Notes: generated by a model from the sequence alone, not told the origin. Shown: positions 1 through 8,733, numbered from the stretch's first letter. The stretch: DNA of 19,638 bases from an uncultured delta proteobacterium (GCA_963771175.1 CAVYSY010000017.1:1-19638); one strand, 5' to 3'. A program made the numbers and translations.

Positions 1-18
1 GTCCATGAAGGTGCCCAT
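1..18 (-). CDS. Probable 5' end of a gene running off the left edge (MGTFMD...), product unknown
   Basis: The reverse strand reads ATG GGC ACC TTC ATG GAC with GC3-type codons. There is an in-frame stop shortly upstream and GGAGG/GGAG motifs 20-30 nt upstream. It is too short to identify, and an alternative TTG start in another frame cannot be excluded. Confidence 0.4.
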
Positions 19-296
19 CGCCTGACTCGCTCAATCGTGCTCCACCTCCCAAGTAGTAAGCACGAGTCGACCTTTGACACCAAGCGGCCGGCCAGCCGCT
101 TCCTGGCTGCTCCGGTAGGGTTCCTCACGCTACTAACGCAGTAGTGTTAGGCGGTAGTTAGTAAGACTGCGAAGCGCCCGAATAGGTAACACAGTCATGT
201 GAACAGGGGAAGCCCCGGACTAACGAACAAGTCAGAAACAAATGTTGCAGAGATTGCGCGTTTAAGTCCGAATCGGGGAAAACGGGATATATTTGT

Positions 297-309
297 CCCC
301 CCCCCCCCC
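297..309. repeat. Homopolymer C13 (G13 on minus strand)
   Basis: Read directly as tttgt-C13-gtgtattggttatt, inside a locally AT-rich intergenic stretch. Confidence 0.95.
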
Positions 310-694
310 GTGTATTGGTTATTCCGGCCACCGTGCGCGACGTGTGCCCTTACAGGACTCGGCACGGCGCGGGGCTGCCGTGTTCTCGCGCGCAGAGGTT
401 TGCGATGGCCTGTGATTACCGGGCCGGGCCTTCGAGCGGCGGGGCACGGTGAAGGGTGCCAGGTACAGCGCAGGGCACAGAGCGCGGCGGCAACGCAGGA
501 GGGATTGCGACAGCTCGGGCCACGGAAGCCGTCAGTGCCGCAACTTTGAGAATTGGAAGCGCATCCGCCGCGCGAGCCGAGATTCGGATTCGTTATCCCG
601 CCGCGTCCCCTGTCGTCCCGTCCTGTCCCAGCCTTCCACGGGCGCTGGATCTGGGTGCCATTCAGTCCGAAGTAGATGGCGACCTACCGAGGCT

Positions 695-1471
695 TCAGCG
701 CCCCTTGTAGGCCGGCTTGCGCTTCTCCGCGAAGGCCTTGAGGCCCTCCAGCCGGTCCTCGGTGGCGAGCACCTTCTCGTAGTGGCGCAGCTCCAGCGCG
801 AGCGCCTCGTCCAGCTCCAGCGACAGGCCCTCGTCAATCGCGTGCTTCGCCGTGGCCACCGCGAGCGGCGCGTTCTCCACGATGCTCTCCGCCAGCGAGT
901 ACGCCGTGTCCAGCAGGTGCCCCTCCGGCGTCAGCCGGTTCACCAGCCCGATGCTGAAGGCCTCCGCCGCGTTCAGCCTCCGGCCCGTGAGGATCAGATC
1001 CTTTGCCCTCCCCGGCCCCACCAGCCGCGACAGCCGCTGCGTTCCGCCACCGCCGGGAATGATTCCCAGCTTCACCTCGGTCAGCCCCAGCTCGGCCGCC
1101 GGTGCCGCCACCCGCAGGTCGCACGAGAGCGCCAGCTCCGTGCCTCCGCCAAACGCCGCCCCGTTGATCGCCGCGATGAACACGCAGTCGCTCTTCTCGA
1201 TGGCCCGGAAGGTGCGCCTCAGCCCGTTCAGGAAGGCCCGCACCTCCTCCTCGACCATCGTCCCGCGCTCCTTCAGGTCCGCCCCCGCGCAGAACGCCTT
1301 GTCCCCCGCCCCCGTAATCACCACCGCCCGCGTGTCGTGACCGCGTGACACGCGCGTCACCATCTCCTCCAGCTCCTTCAGCATCGCCCGGCTGATCGCG
1401 TTGCGCCGCCCCTCGCCGTCGATGGTCCAGATCTCGATAGGTCCTCGTGCGTCGACCTTGAACTCCGCCAT
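695..1471 (-). CDS. liuC: Enoyl-CoA hydratase/isomerase (crotonase) family; likely 3-methylglutaconyl-CoA hydratase / HMG-CoA dehydratase LiuC
   Basis: Crotonase motifs [29 protein letters not shown] and [16 protein letters not shown] are present. The N-terminus [20 protein letters not shown] and C-terminus [12 protein letters not shown] closely match the M. xanthus LiuC sequence as I recall it. An RBS-like AAGGGAG lies upstream. Confidence 0.88.
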   Translation of the reverse strand: MAEFKVDARGPIEIWTIDGEGRRNAISRAMLKELEEMVTRVSRGHDTRAVVITGAGDKAFCAGADLKERGTMVEEEVRAFLNGLRRTFRAIEKSDCVFIAAINGAAFGGGTELALSCDLRVAAPAAELGLTEVKLGIIPGGGGTQRLSRLVGPGRAKDLILTGRRLNAAEAFSIGLVNRLTPEGHLLDTAYSLAESIVENAPLAVATAKHAIDEGLSLELDEALALELRHYEKVLATEDRLEGLKAFAEKRKPAYKGR

Positions 1472-1573
1472 GTGCGCTCCCTTACCGGGCCCTACACCGG
1501 GCCACCAGTCGATCCCCCAGCCTGCGGCGACTCCTCGGGCCTGACAAGGCGGAAACGGTTACTCTTTTCGGCG

Positions 1574-3529
1574 ATGCGCACCGCGTCCACACGATCCCTC
1601 GCCCGCTGGGCGCCCTGGCTCCTCCCGGGCCTCGGGCTCCTGCTCCTCGTCCCCCTGGCCGCCCTCGCTCGGGGCGGCGGTGGCGAGCACTACCAGGCCC
1701 CCTCCAGCGACCGCGACTCCGGCGGCGGTGGGGGCGTCCCCATCGAGATCGTCTTCTGGTTGGTGCGGCTCATCGTCATGTACCCCCACATCGGTCTGCC
1801 CCTGCTGGGGCTCGGGGGGCTGGCCTGGTACTTCTACCAGCGCAACCTCCACCCCACCGGCGCCACCCGGCGAGCCCTCCAGCAGCGCGAGGCCGAGCTG
1901 CGCACCACCGTCTCCTCGCGCGACGTCGAGGGCTGGACGAACGCGCTGCGCCTCAAGGATCCCCAGTTCGAGCTCCAGCCCCTGCTCGACAAGACGCGCC
2001 GGCTCTTCCTGGAGCTGCAGGACGCCTGGTTCAACCAGGACCTGTCCCCCGTGCGGCCCTTCCTCTCGGACGCCACCTTCCAGCGCTTCGAGGTGCAGCT
2101 CCAGCTCATGAAGGACCAGGGCGTGCGCGACGCCATCACCGACATCGACGTGATGGACGTGCAGCTCATCGGGCTCGACCAGAGCGAGTGGTACGACACC
2201 GTCCATCTGCGCGTGCGCGCCCGGATGCGCGACACGGACGTGCCCGCCTCCGCCTCCGAGGCCGAGGCCCTCGCCGCCGCCAGGCGCGTCCCCCTGGAGG
2301 CCTTCACCGAGGTCTGGTCCTTCGTCCGCAAGCCCGGTGTCCAGACGCGCATCGGCCAGGATCTCTTCCAGGGCAAGTGCCCCAACTGCGGGGCCCCGTA
2401 CCAGGGCGGCGCCGCCAACCGCTGCGAGTTCTGCGGCGCCATCGTCAACTCGGGCAACTACGACTGGACGCTCTCGGAGATCACCCAGGGGCTCGAGCAC
2501 GTGCGCCATTACGCCCAGGTGGACAACCTGCGCGAGGCCCGCGAGGCCGACCCGGCCCTCAACCTGGAGATCCTCGAGGACCGCACCTCGCTGCTGTTCT
2601 GGAAGTGGGTGGACGCGCAGAGCCACGGCACCACGCAGCGCCTGCACAAGGTGGCCAACGCCGAGGCCATCGCCCGGCTGGACGAGGAGCTCGGTGGCCT
2701 GCGCGAGCACGGCCGGCGCAAGGTGTTCCTCGAGTGCGCCGTGGGTGGCGTCATCACCCGCGCCTTCGAGGTGAACCCCGAGGGCTTCGACAAAGCCCAC
2801 GTGGAGGTGCGCTGGAGCGCGCGCATGGGAGTCGGCCCCGTCAACGAGCGACCCCCTGCCCTGCCCACCCTTCCGCAGCGCTGGGTCTTCACCCTGGTCC
2901 GCAAGCACGGCGCCCGCACCAACACGGACAACGGCATGTCCACCAACCGGTGCCCCCAGTGCAACGCGCCGCTCACCGACTCGGCCGCCATCACCTGCGA
3001 CTACTGCGGCACCGCGCTCGGCAGCGGAGAGCGGGACTGGGTGCTGGCCTCGGCGGACCCCTTCGAGGCCTGGGACGCCCGCGAGCAGCGGCACTTCGAT
3101 ACCCGCATGGCCGCTCGGAGGAGCAGGGTCCGCGACGAGCCCGCCGTCCAGGCGCCGGCCGTTGCCCGGGGACCCTCGGACGACGTCATCACGGATCCCC
3201 AGGAGCGCCAGCGCCTGCTCTACATGATGGCCGCGCTCGCCGCCTCGGACGGCTCCGTGGAGAACTCCGAGCGCAAGCTGCTCGAGCTGTGTGCCCGGCG
3301 CTGGGACGTCCCCTGGAGCAACGTGGAGCTGGCCCTCAACTCCGGCCCCCAGCTCTTCACCCGGCTGGTGCCCCGAGGCACCCCCGAGGCCGAGATCTTC
3401 CTCCGCCACATCGTGGACATGGCCCTCGTGGACGGGCGGATCGATCGCAAGGAGCGGCGGATGCTCGAGTATGCCGCCACCCACCTGGACCTCACGGACA
3501 AGCTGCCGGAGTTGCTGAACGGGCGGTAG
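1574..3529 (+). CDS. Membrane protein with two Tim44-like domains, each followed by a CxxC..CxxC zinc ribbon, and a C-terminal TerB-like domain
   Basis: The protein has an N-terminal signal/TM and a Gly-rich linker, then two further TM stretches. The Tim44-like segment reads LRLKDPQF..FLELQDAW..EVWSFVR..W.LSEI. Zn ribbons are CPNCGAP..CEFCG (2378-2434) and CPQCNAP..CDYCG (2951-3007). TerB-like motifs are LAASDGSVENSERKLL and MALVDGRIDRKERRML. ATG 1574 was chosen because the ORF-track start abuts the liuC start. Confidence 0.8.
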   Translation: MRTASTRSLARWAPWLLPGLGLLLLVPLAALARGGGGEHYQAPSSDRDSGGGGGVPIEIVFWLVRLIVMYPHIGLPLLGLGGLAWYFYQRNLHPTGATRRALQQREAELRTTVSSRDVEGWTNALRLKDPQFELQPLLDKTRRLFLELQDAWFNQDLSPVRPFLSDATFQRFEVQLQLMKDQGVRDAITDIDVMDVQLIGLDQSEWYDTVHLRVRARMRDTDVPASASEAEALAAARRVPLEAFTEVWSFVRKPGVQTRIGQDLFQGKCPNCGAPYQGGAANRCEFCGAIVNSGNYDWTLSEITQGLEHVRHYAQVDNLREAREADPALNLEILEDRTSLLFWKWVDAQSHGTTQRLHKVANAEAIARLDEELGGLREHGRRKVFLECAVGGVITRAFEVNPEGFDKAHVEVRWSARMGVGPVNERPPALPTLPQRWVFTLVRKHGARTNTDNGMSTNRCPQCNAPLTDSAAITCDYCGTALGSGERDWVLASADPFEAWDAREQRHFDTRMAARRSRVRDEPAVQAPAVARGPSDDVITDPQERQRLLYMMAALAASDGSVENSERKLLELCARRWDVPWSNVELALNSGPQLFTRLVPRGTPEAEIFLRHIVDMALVDGRIDRKERRMLEYAATHLDLTDKLPELLNGR

Positions 3530-3548
3530 CGGACCGCGGGCCTACCGC
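3523..3548. terminator. Possible hairpin between convergent genes
   Basis: GCGGTAG (3523-3529) and CTACCGC (3542-3548) form an inverted repeat between two convergent stop codons. There is no U-tract. Confidence 0.3.
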
Positions 3549-3551
3549 GAT

Positions 3552-3944
3552 TCACATCCGCTCGGGCTCGATGATGCCCGCGAACGCGTCCCAGCTGTCC
3601 TCCATGGTGGCGTAGTTGTCGGTGAGCTCCTCGCCCTGCGCGATGTCGCGAAGCGCGAGCGTGTACTGCCGCGTCGGATCATTTCCGCAGTTCGGCGTGG
3701 GCGAATGATTCATGAACCGCGCGTGATCGCCACACAGCACGAGCGTGCCCCGATCGCTGTAGGCGTAGCGCGCCAGGAAGGTCTTCATCATCGGTGGCAT
3801 GGAGGCCACCTCTTCCGGGGTGAACCGCTGGTCCACCGGCGGATCAAACCCCCAGACCACCGCTCCCTTCGGAATGGGCTCGCCCGCGAACAGCCCGATG
3901 CCGTGGATGCCAGACGGAGCGATGTGCGCCTTGATACGAAGCAT
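3552..3944 (-). CDS. SET-domain protein (putative SAM-dependent lysine methyltransferase)
   Basis: SET motifs S.IHGIGLFA..PIPKG, RFMNHSPTPN and ALRDIAQGEELTDNY are present. An RBS-like GAGAGGA lies upstream. Confidence 0.92.
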   Translation of the reverse strand: MLRIKAHIAPSGIHGIGLFAGEPIPKGAVVWGFDPPVDQRFTPEEVASMPPMMKTFLARYAYSDRGTLVLCGDHARFMNHSPTPNCGNDPTRQYTLALRDIAQGEELTDNYATMEDSWDAFAGIIEPERM

Positions 3945-4001
3945 GGTGATGAGTGTCCTCTCGTCGTCTCCGTCCCCAGGGTATTTGCGCCGGGCGCGAG
4001 A

Positions 4002-4104
4002 CTGAAGGCCATTTCCGCGTGTGCTGTATCCAACACCCCGCCGAGTCGGGGTGTCCCACCGTGGAGGGTGGGCCAGAAGGGTGATGCCCCAGGTGGTCCT
4101 TCAG
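4002..4104. ncRNA. Candidate structured RNA/regulatory element (unclassified)
   Basis: A closing stem CTGAAGG(CCATTT)/(AGGTGG)T-CCTTCAG encloses two abutting hairpins, ACACCCCG/CGGGGTGT and CCCACC/GGTGGG. It matches no riboswitch consensus I recognise. Confidence 0.35.
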
Positions 4105-4213
4105 AGCGGCGGCGATTTCTGATTGAAACTGGACTGTGAGCCCCACCCCGACGAAGCAGCCCCGTCAGCGAGCCGAGCGCGGCGCCCCCCGTGAAGCCGA
4201 GGAGGGGCCCATC

Positions 4214-4486
4214 ATGATGCCCCTGCCCCGCTTCCACGGCACCTCCACGACGGCGAAGCTGGAGACCCGCGCGAGACAGCTCGGCCTGCGCCTGGGCGTC
4301 GTGTACGGCGAGGGCGACCGCTGCGACCGTTATTTCGTGGCGTCAATGAATGGGAAGCGGCTGGAGCGCATGGTGCCGCTCGGGTGGACCGCGGACGAGG
4401 CCGAGGAGGCCCTCGCGGAGATGGCCCGGGAGCGTCTCGCGGAAGAGACCCGGCGGGATTCCAGGGGCTCGGGCCAGCGCCGGTAG
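4214..4486 (+). CDS. Small hypothetical protein (~90 aa)
   Basis: GGAGG at 4201-4205 precedes ATG 4214, and codons are GC3-biased (MMPLPRFHGTSTTAKLETRARQLGLRLGVVYGEG...). No recognisable domain. Confidence 0.7.
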   Translation: MMPLPRFHGTSTTAKLETRARQLGLRLGVVYGEGDRCDRYFVASMNGKRLERMVPLGWTADEAEEALAEMARERLAEETRRDSRGSGQRR

Positions 4487-4507
4487 CTGCGCGGGCAAAG
4501 GACGGCC

Positions 4508-4993
4508 CTACGCCTGCGCGTACGCTTCCTCGAGGCGCGCGATGTCGAACTTCTTCATGGTGAGCATGGCCTGCATCACGCGCTGCGTCCGCTTCGGGTC
4601 CTTGTCCTGCATCATCTGGACGAACCTGGACGGGACGATCTGCCAGGAGAGGCCGAACCTGTCCTTGAGCCAGCCGCACTGGCCCTCCTGTCCCCCGTTC
4701 GCGGTCAGCTTGGACCACAACGTGTCGACCTCCTCCTGAGAGTCGCAGTTCACGAGCAGGGAGATGGCCTCGGTGAACTTGAAGTGCGGGCCGCCGTTCA
4801 ACGCGCTGAACTTCTGACCCGCGAGCTGGAATTCAACCACCATGACCGACCCCTTGGGGCCCGGTCCCGCGTCGCCGTAGCGAGACACGCTCAGGATCTT
4901 CGAATCCTTGAAGAGCGAAACGTAGAAGTTCGCCGCCTCCTCCGCCTCCTGGTTGAACCACAGGAACGGCGTGATCTTCTGGGTGTCTGCCAT
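4508..4993 (-). CDS. VOC family / PhnB-like (3-demethylubiquinone-9 3-methyltransferase-like) protein
   Basis: Family motifs [50 protein letters not shown] and [10 protein letters not shown] are present. AAGGAG lies 7 nt before ATG 4993 (alternative ATG 4999). Confidence 0.93.
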   Translation of the reverse strand: MADTQKITPFLWFNQEAEEAANFYVSLFKDSKILSVSRYGDAGPGPKGSVMVVEFQLAGQKFSALNGGPHFKFTEAISLLVNCDSQEEVDTLWSKLTANGGQEGQCGWLKDRFGLSWQIVPSRFVQMMQDKDPKRTQRVMQAMLTMKKFDIARLEEAYAQA

Positions 4994-5092
4994 GGTCATG
5001 CTCCTTTGCCGCGGCTATGTGTGCCAACGGGTCGGTATGCCGTCAACAGGACAGCCGCCGCTCGGAGTGGAATGGGTTCGTCACCCTGCGCA

Positions 5093-5131
5093 GGGGCGAG
5101 ACAGGATGTCCAGATTTGAACCTGTCTCCCC
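5093..5131 (-). terminator. Hairpin downstream of the corrected stop of the Ntn-hydrolase fusion gene
   Basis: GGGG-C-GAGACAGG / CCTGTCTC-CCC inverted repeat about 25 nt beyond the alternative-frame TGA at 5157-5159. Confidence 0.35.
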
Positions 5132-5156
5132 TCCTCGGGCCTCTCTGGACCCTGCC

Positions 5157-8100
5157 TCAGTTGCCCGCGCTCACCGAGCCGAGCGGCTTGACCTCGGGGG
5201 CCGGGGACTCCGTCAGCTCCACCGCCAGCGCGTCGAGGCTCGTGGAAGCCCTTGGAGCCCACTTCGCCGCCGCGGAAGAGGGCCCAGCCCTTGAGGCCCG
5301 GCTGGAGGGTACGGGTCATCTGCCAGAGCTGTGGGCCGCTGTTGGCCAGGTAGAGGTAGAGCATCCGCTTCGGGTTCCACGGGTTGGCCAGGGCCACGGC
5401 GAGCCCGTCATCCGGCCGGCCGTACGTCTTCCCCTGCCAGCGGAAGAAGCGGCGGCCGATCTCCACCGGCAGCTTCTTCTCCGCGGCGAGCCGCGCCACC
5501 AGCGCGTTGTTCTCGGCGCTCCCGAGGACGAACAGGTCGCGCTCCGCCAGCTCCTGCTCCGTCACCTCGGCGTCCGGCTTGACCGGGGCGAGCACCTCCG
5601 TGAAGGCGTCCGCCAGCGCGTCGCGGAAGTTCTGGGTGAGCGTGCGCTCCGCCTCCACCTCGCGGGCCGTGCCGTAGACGTAGAGCAGGCGCTCGAAGTC
5701 ATCCATGGCGTTGGAGAGGATCTGGTAGCGCTCGCGCGGCACGGGGATGTCGTTGGACGGGTTGAACACCACGCGCACCGGCTTCTCCGTCGTGTGGAAG
5801 GAGAAGGTGTCGCTCGCGCCCTTCACCTCCACCCGCTCCAGGGTCGAGCCCTTCGCGGTGACCAGCGCCACGGTGGTGACGAAGTGGTAGGGCTTGCCGC
5901 CCTGCTCCACCTTCACCGTCACGTCGTAGCCATCCTTGGCCTTCGTGGTGCTGGCCTGGATGCGTGGCGCGGGCAGGCCCTCGCGCTCCACCCACTGCGA
6001 GACGAAGGGCTGGAGCTCCCGGCCCGAGGCCTGCGACGCGGTGCGGACGAACTCGGCCGTGGTGATGTTCTTGTTGGCGTAGCGCTCGTGGACGGTGACC
6101 ATCACCTTGGAGAAGGACTTGTTGCCCAACAGCAGTCGGAGCTGGTGCAGCAGGAAGGTGCCCTTCACGCGAGGCACCGCGTAGGAGCCATAACGGTCGT
6201 AGGAGGTGCGCGCGGCCACGGGCACCACGTCCCCCTCGCGCGCGGTGAGGTAGAGGTAGCGAGCGTTGAGGTCCGCCAGGGCATCACGCTGCTGCTCGAA
6301 GGCCTTGTCCGCGGAGTCCGGCAGCTTCTGCAGCATTCCCCAGTAGGCGGCCGTGCCACTCACCAGCCAGTTCTCCCCGTCAGTGGCGGGGAACACCGTG
6401 TTGCTCCACAGGAGCTTCTTGTCGAAGCCGAAGGCCTCCTTGACCTTGGCGAGGTCCCTCTTGGTCTCCGGGGTCTTCGTCTCCTGGGCGGCCCTGGTGC
6501 GGGCCTCCTTCAGCTTGTCGGCGACGTAGATGGGGCTGAAGGTGGTGTAGCCGAGCGTCAGGTGGGGAGTGGCGCCGGGCAGGTCCTGGATGTAGCGCCC
6601 GCCCACCATCTTCTCGCGCAGGGTCGTCTTGCCGTAGTGGGCGAGGAACATGAGCTGGCGGGCCATCTCACCGGTGGTGACCTTGCCGTCACAGGCGTGG
6701 GGCCGGTTGATGGGGCTGGAGGCCATCATGCGGATGGCGTTGTCCAGGTCGATGCCGCCCTTGCCGTGCGCCTGGTAGTACTTCTGGAAGGCGATGTCGC
6801 GGTTCCAGGTGTTGAAGGCCAGGTCCACCGGGGCGTTCTGGGGGTTGGGCACGTACTCCTTGCGCACCTCCAGGTCGCGCGTGTTGTTGTTGGCCCAGAT
6901 GAAGTCCTTGAGGTTGCCCGGAGTCTCCGCGGCCTTGCCCTTGCTGCCGGTGCGCCACAGCTTCGTCTTCTTCGTGCCCAGCAGGAAGCAGGCGCCCTCG
7001 TCCGTCTTGGCGTCCGCCAGGGTCCAGTCGTTGGTGTAGAGGCCGTTGTTCTGCTTGGAGAGGATCCGCGCCACCTCGTCGATGGAGGAGGCGTACTGGG
7101 CCGCCTTGCGGATGCGGTTGCTCTGGGGCGTGCCGTCGGGCGCGAAGGGCGTCTGGCCCACCGTCGTCTCTCCGATGACGATGCCCGCGTCATTGATGAA
7201 CCAGTCCGCGCCGCTGTGGATGCCGCCCGGGAAGGTCTGCATCACGAAGCGGTGACCCTTCGTGGGCTGCACGTCCAGCACCACGTCCCAGTGGACACCG
7301 GTGTAGCCGTTCCACATGAAGATCTGCCCCATGATGAACTGCCCATCCTTGGTGGCGGACTTCGTGGCCACGAACGACGAGCAGTGGTCGCCCTCGCCGG
7401 CCCGGCCCTGCTCGTCCTCGCCCTTGAGGAAGAGACGCCCGGATAGCGGCGTGGCGCTCACCTTGTTGGCGTCCTCGAGCTGCCCCAGGTCCACCGCCGA
7501 GTTGAGGGTCGCGATGTCGAGCAGGTCCAGCTCGCGCTCCTTGAACTTCACGCCGGCCTTGTTGGCGCCGTCGGCGATGCCCTTCATCTCCTCGAGGTAC
7601 TCGGGCTCGAACTTGCGCAGGAAGAGCGAGTCGGTGAGCAGCCGCATCTGGGCCCAGCCATCGGCCAGGTCCTGGCGGTTCCTGCGGGTGCCCAGCTTCT
7701 CCATGTAGCGGAGGATGTCGTCGGCCACGAGCTCGCCGTACTGCCGGCCCCGCTCGTAGGGCTCGCCCTCGATGTGGATGTACTTCCACCCGCCGTCGTC
7801 GTAGCGGAAGCCCTTGCCGGCCCAGCGCACGGACTCCATGGGGATGTAGGCGGTGATGTCGTCCACCTCCTCCAAGCGCACGTCATCCACCCACGCGGAG
7901 CCGGTGGCCTTGCCGTTGCGGCCCAGGTGAAGCTGCACGCGGTCCGAGCCCTGGGTGGCGAAGAAGAGCACCGAGACGCGGCCGTCCTGGTCCGCGCCCA
8001 GGGAGGGCGAGCAGTTGGTGAAGGGGAAGCTCTTCATCGACACGCAGGCGCCGAGCGCCGTGGGGTAGCGCGCCAGGGGATCCGCCTTCACTCCGCGAGT

Positions 8101-8415
8101 GCGTACCCACGCGCTGAGGCGATAGAGGCGGCCCACCTGGAGCTTCACGGGCTCGGACTGCACGGTGGTCTCGGAGCCGCCGGAGGGGTTCTCGATGGCG
8201 AGCCCGCGGCTGCCCTCGGAGCGCCCGTCCACACTGGCGGCCACCCTGCCCCCGCCCATCACGGTCCAGCCCGAGGGCTGTCCCGAGGAGGCCAGCGACT
8301 CGAAGCCGGCATTGGCCACGGGCACCTGCGCGGCCCGTGCGGGCCCGGCGTGGAGCGCGCCCGCGGACAGCAGGAGTGCGCAGACGAATCTCGATGTCGT
8401 GCGGAGACGAGTCAT
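5157..8415 (-). CDS. Secreted multidomain protein: carbohydrate-binding-like module + Ntn-hydrolase (peptidase C45 / phospholipase B-like) + degenerate peptidase M1-like C-terminal region; apparent +1 frameshift at ~5237
   Basis: The signal peptide reads ALLLSAGALHAGPARA. The CBM_4_9-like segment is NAGFES..PSGW..YRLSAWVRT..GSAWVDDVRL. Ntn motifs are YIHIEGEPYERGRQYG, EEMKGIADG, DH-CSSFVA (Cys at 7381-7383) and DWFINDAGIVIGETT. The M1-like segment is KGTFLLHQLRLLLG..F..ITTAEF..FVSQWV..GLP. The ORF-track tail after KGFHE is junk-like, whereas the shifted frame reads LDALAVELTESPAPEVKPLGSVSAGN-stop. Confidence 0.8.
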
Positions 8416-8733
8416 ATCCTTCCCGGAGTGAGGTGAATGTCGCGAGTCCGGGTACTTCCCCCGCTCCCGCTCCGATCGTCAACCGCCTCCGCCCCCCGCT
8501 GGAGCGGCTCGCCCGTTGACGCGGCCAGTCACGTCATGCGCCACGGCCGCGTCCTCGCCGTGCGGGAGGTGAGCGCGCGAAGTGCCCGGTTTGACTGGGG
8601 AATCAGCGTGCCGTGACGGGTCTGGCGCCCCCTGCCCACGCGTCAAGTCCCCTCGGGTTGCCTGCCAGGGGGCCCGGGTAGCCTAGACGGATTACTTTGG
8701 CGCGGAACAATTTCAGGTCATTCTGCGCCCCGA

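Noticed and set aside
245..509. Three loose GCAG(AG)..TTGCG motifs (~247, ~393, ~496); the first is an 8/10 match to GCGCA-N5-TGCGC
   Set aside because: Spacer lengths differ and there is no convincing sigma54 promoter nearby, so they are compatible with chance.
199..710. ORFs 199-549, 456-710 and the start of 449-1348 in the first intergenic region
   Set aside because: They lack GC3 bias and motifs, and they run through the C13 tract or antisense into liuC.
3945..4135. Known SAM/SAH/fluoride/glycine riboswitch or hammerhead upstream of the SET gene
   Set aside because: The conserved cores are absent. GGTGATGAG at 3945 is simply the antisense of the SET translation-initiation region. The element is kept only as unclassified structure.
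4996..5156. Translational overlap between the 1139-aa ORF and the VOC gene
   Set aside because: It is an artefact of the frameshift at ~5237. The real stop is probably 5157-5159.
5017..7446. 809-aa plus-strand ORF (and similar shadows at 1559-3484, 8878-10707, 11058-12485, 13391-14671)
   Set aside because: These are antisense to well-supported genes. Stop-poor reverse frames are expected in high-GC DNA.
8516..8646. TTGACGCG / CGCGTCAA inverted pair in the divergent intergenic region
   Set aside because: Only 8 bp and about 115 nt apart. They could be opposing -35 boxes, but I see no clear -10 elements and no MITE features.
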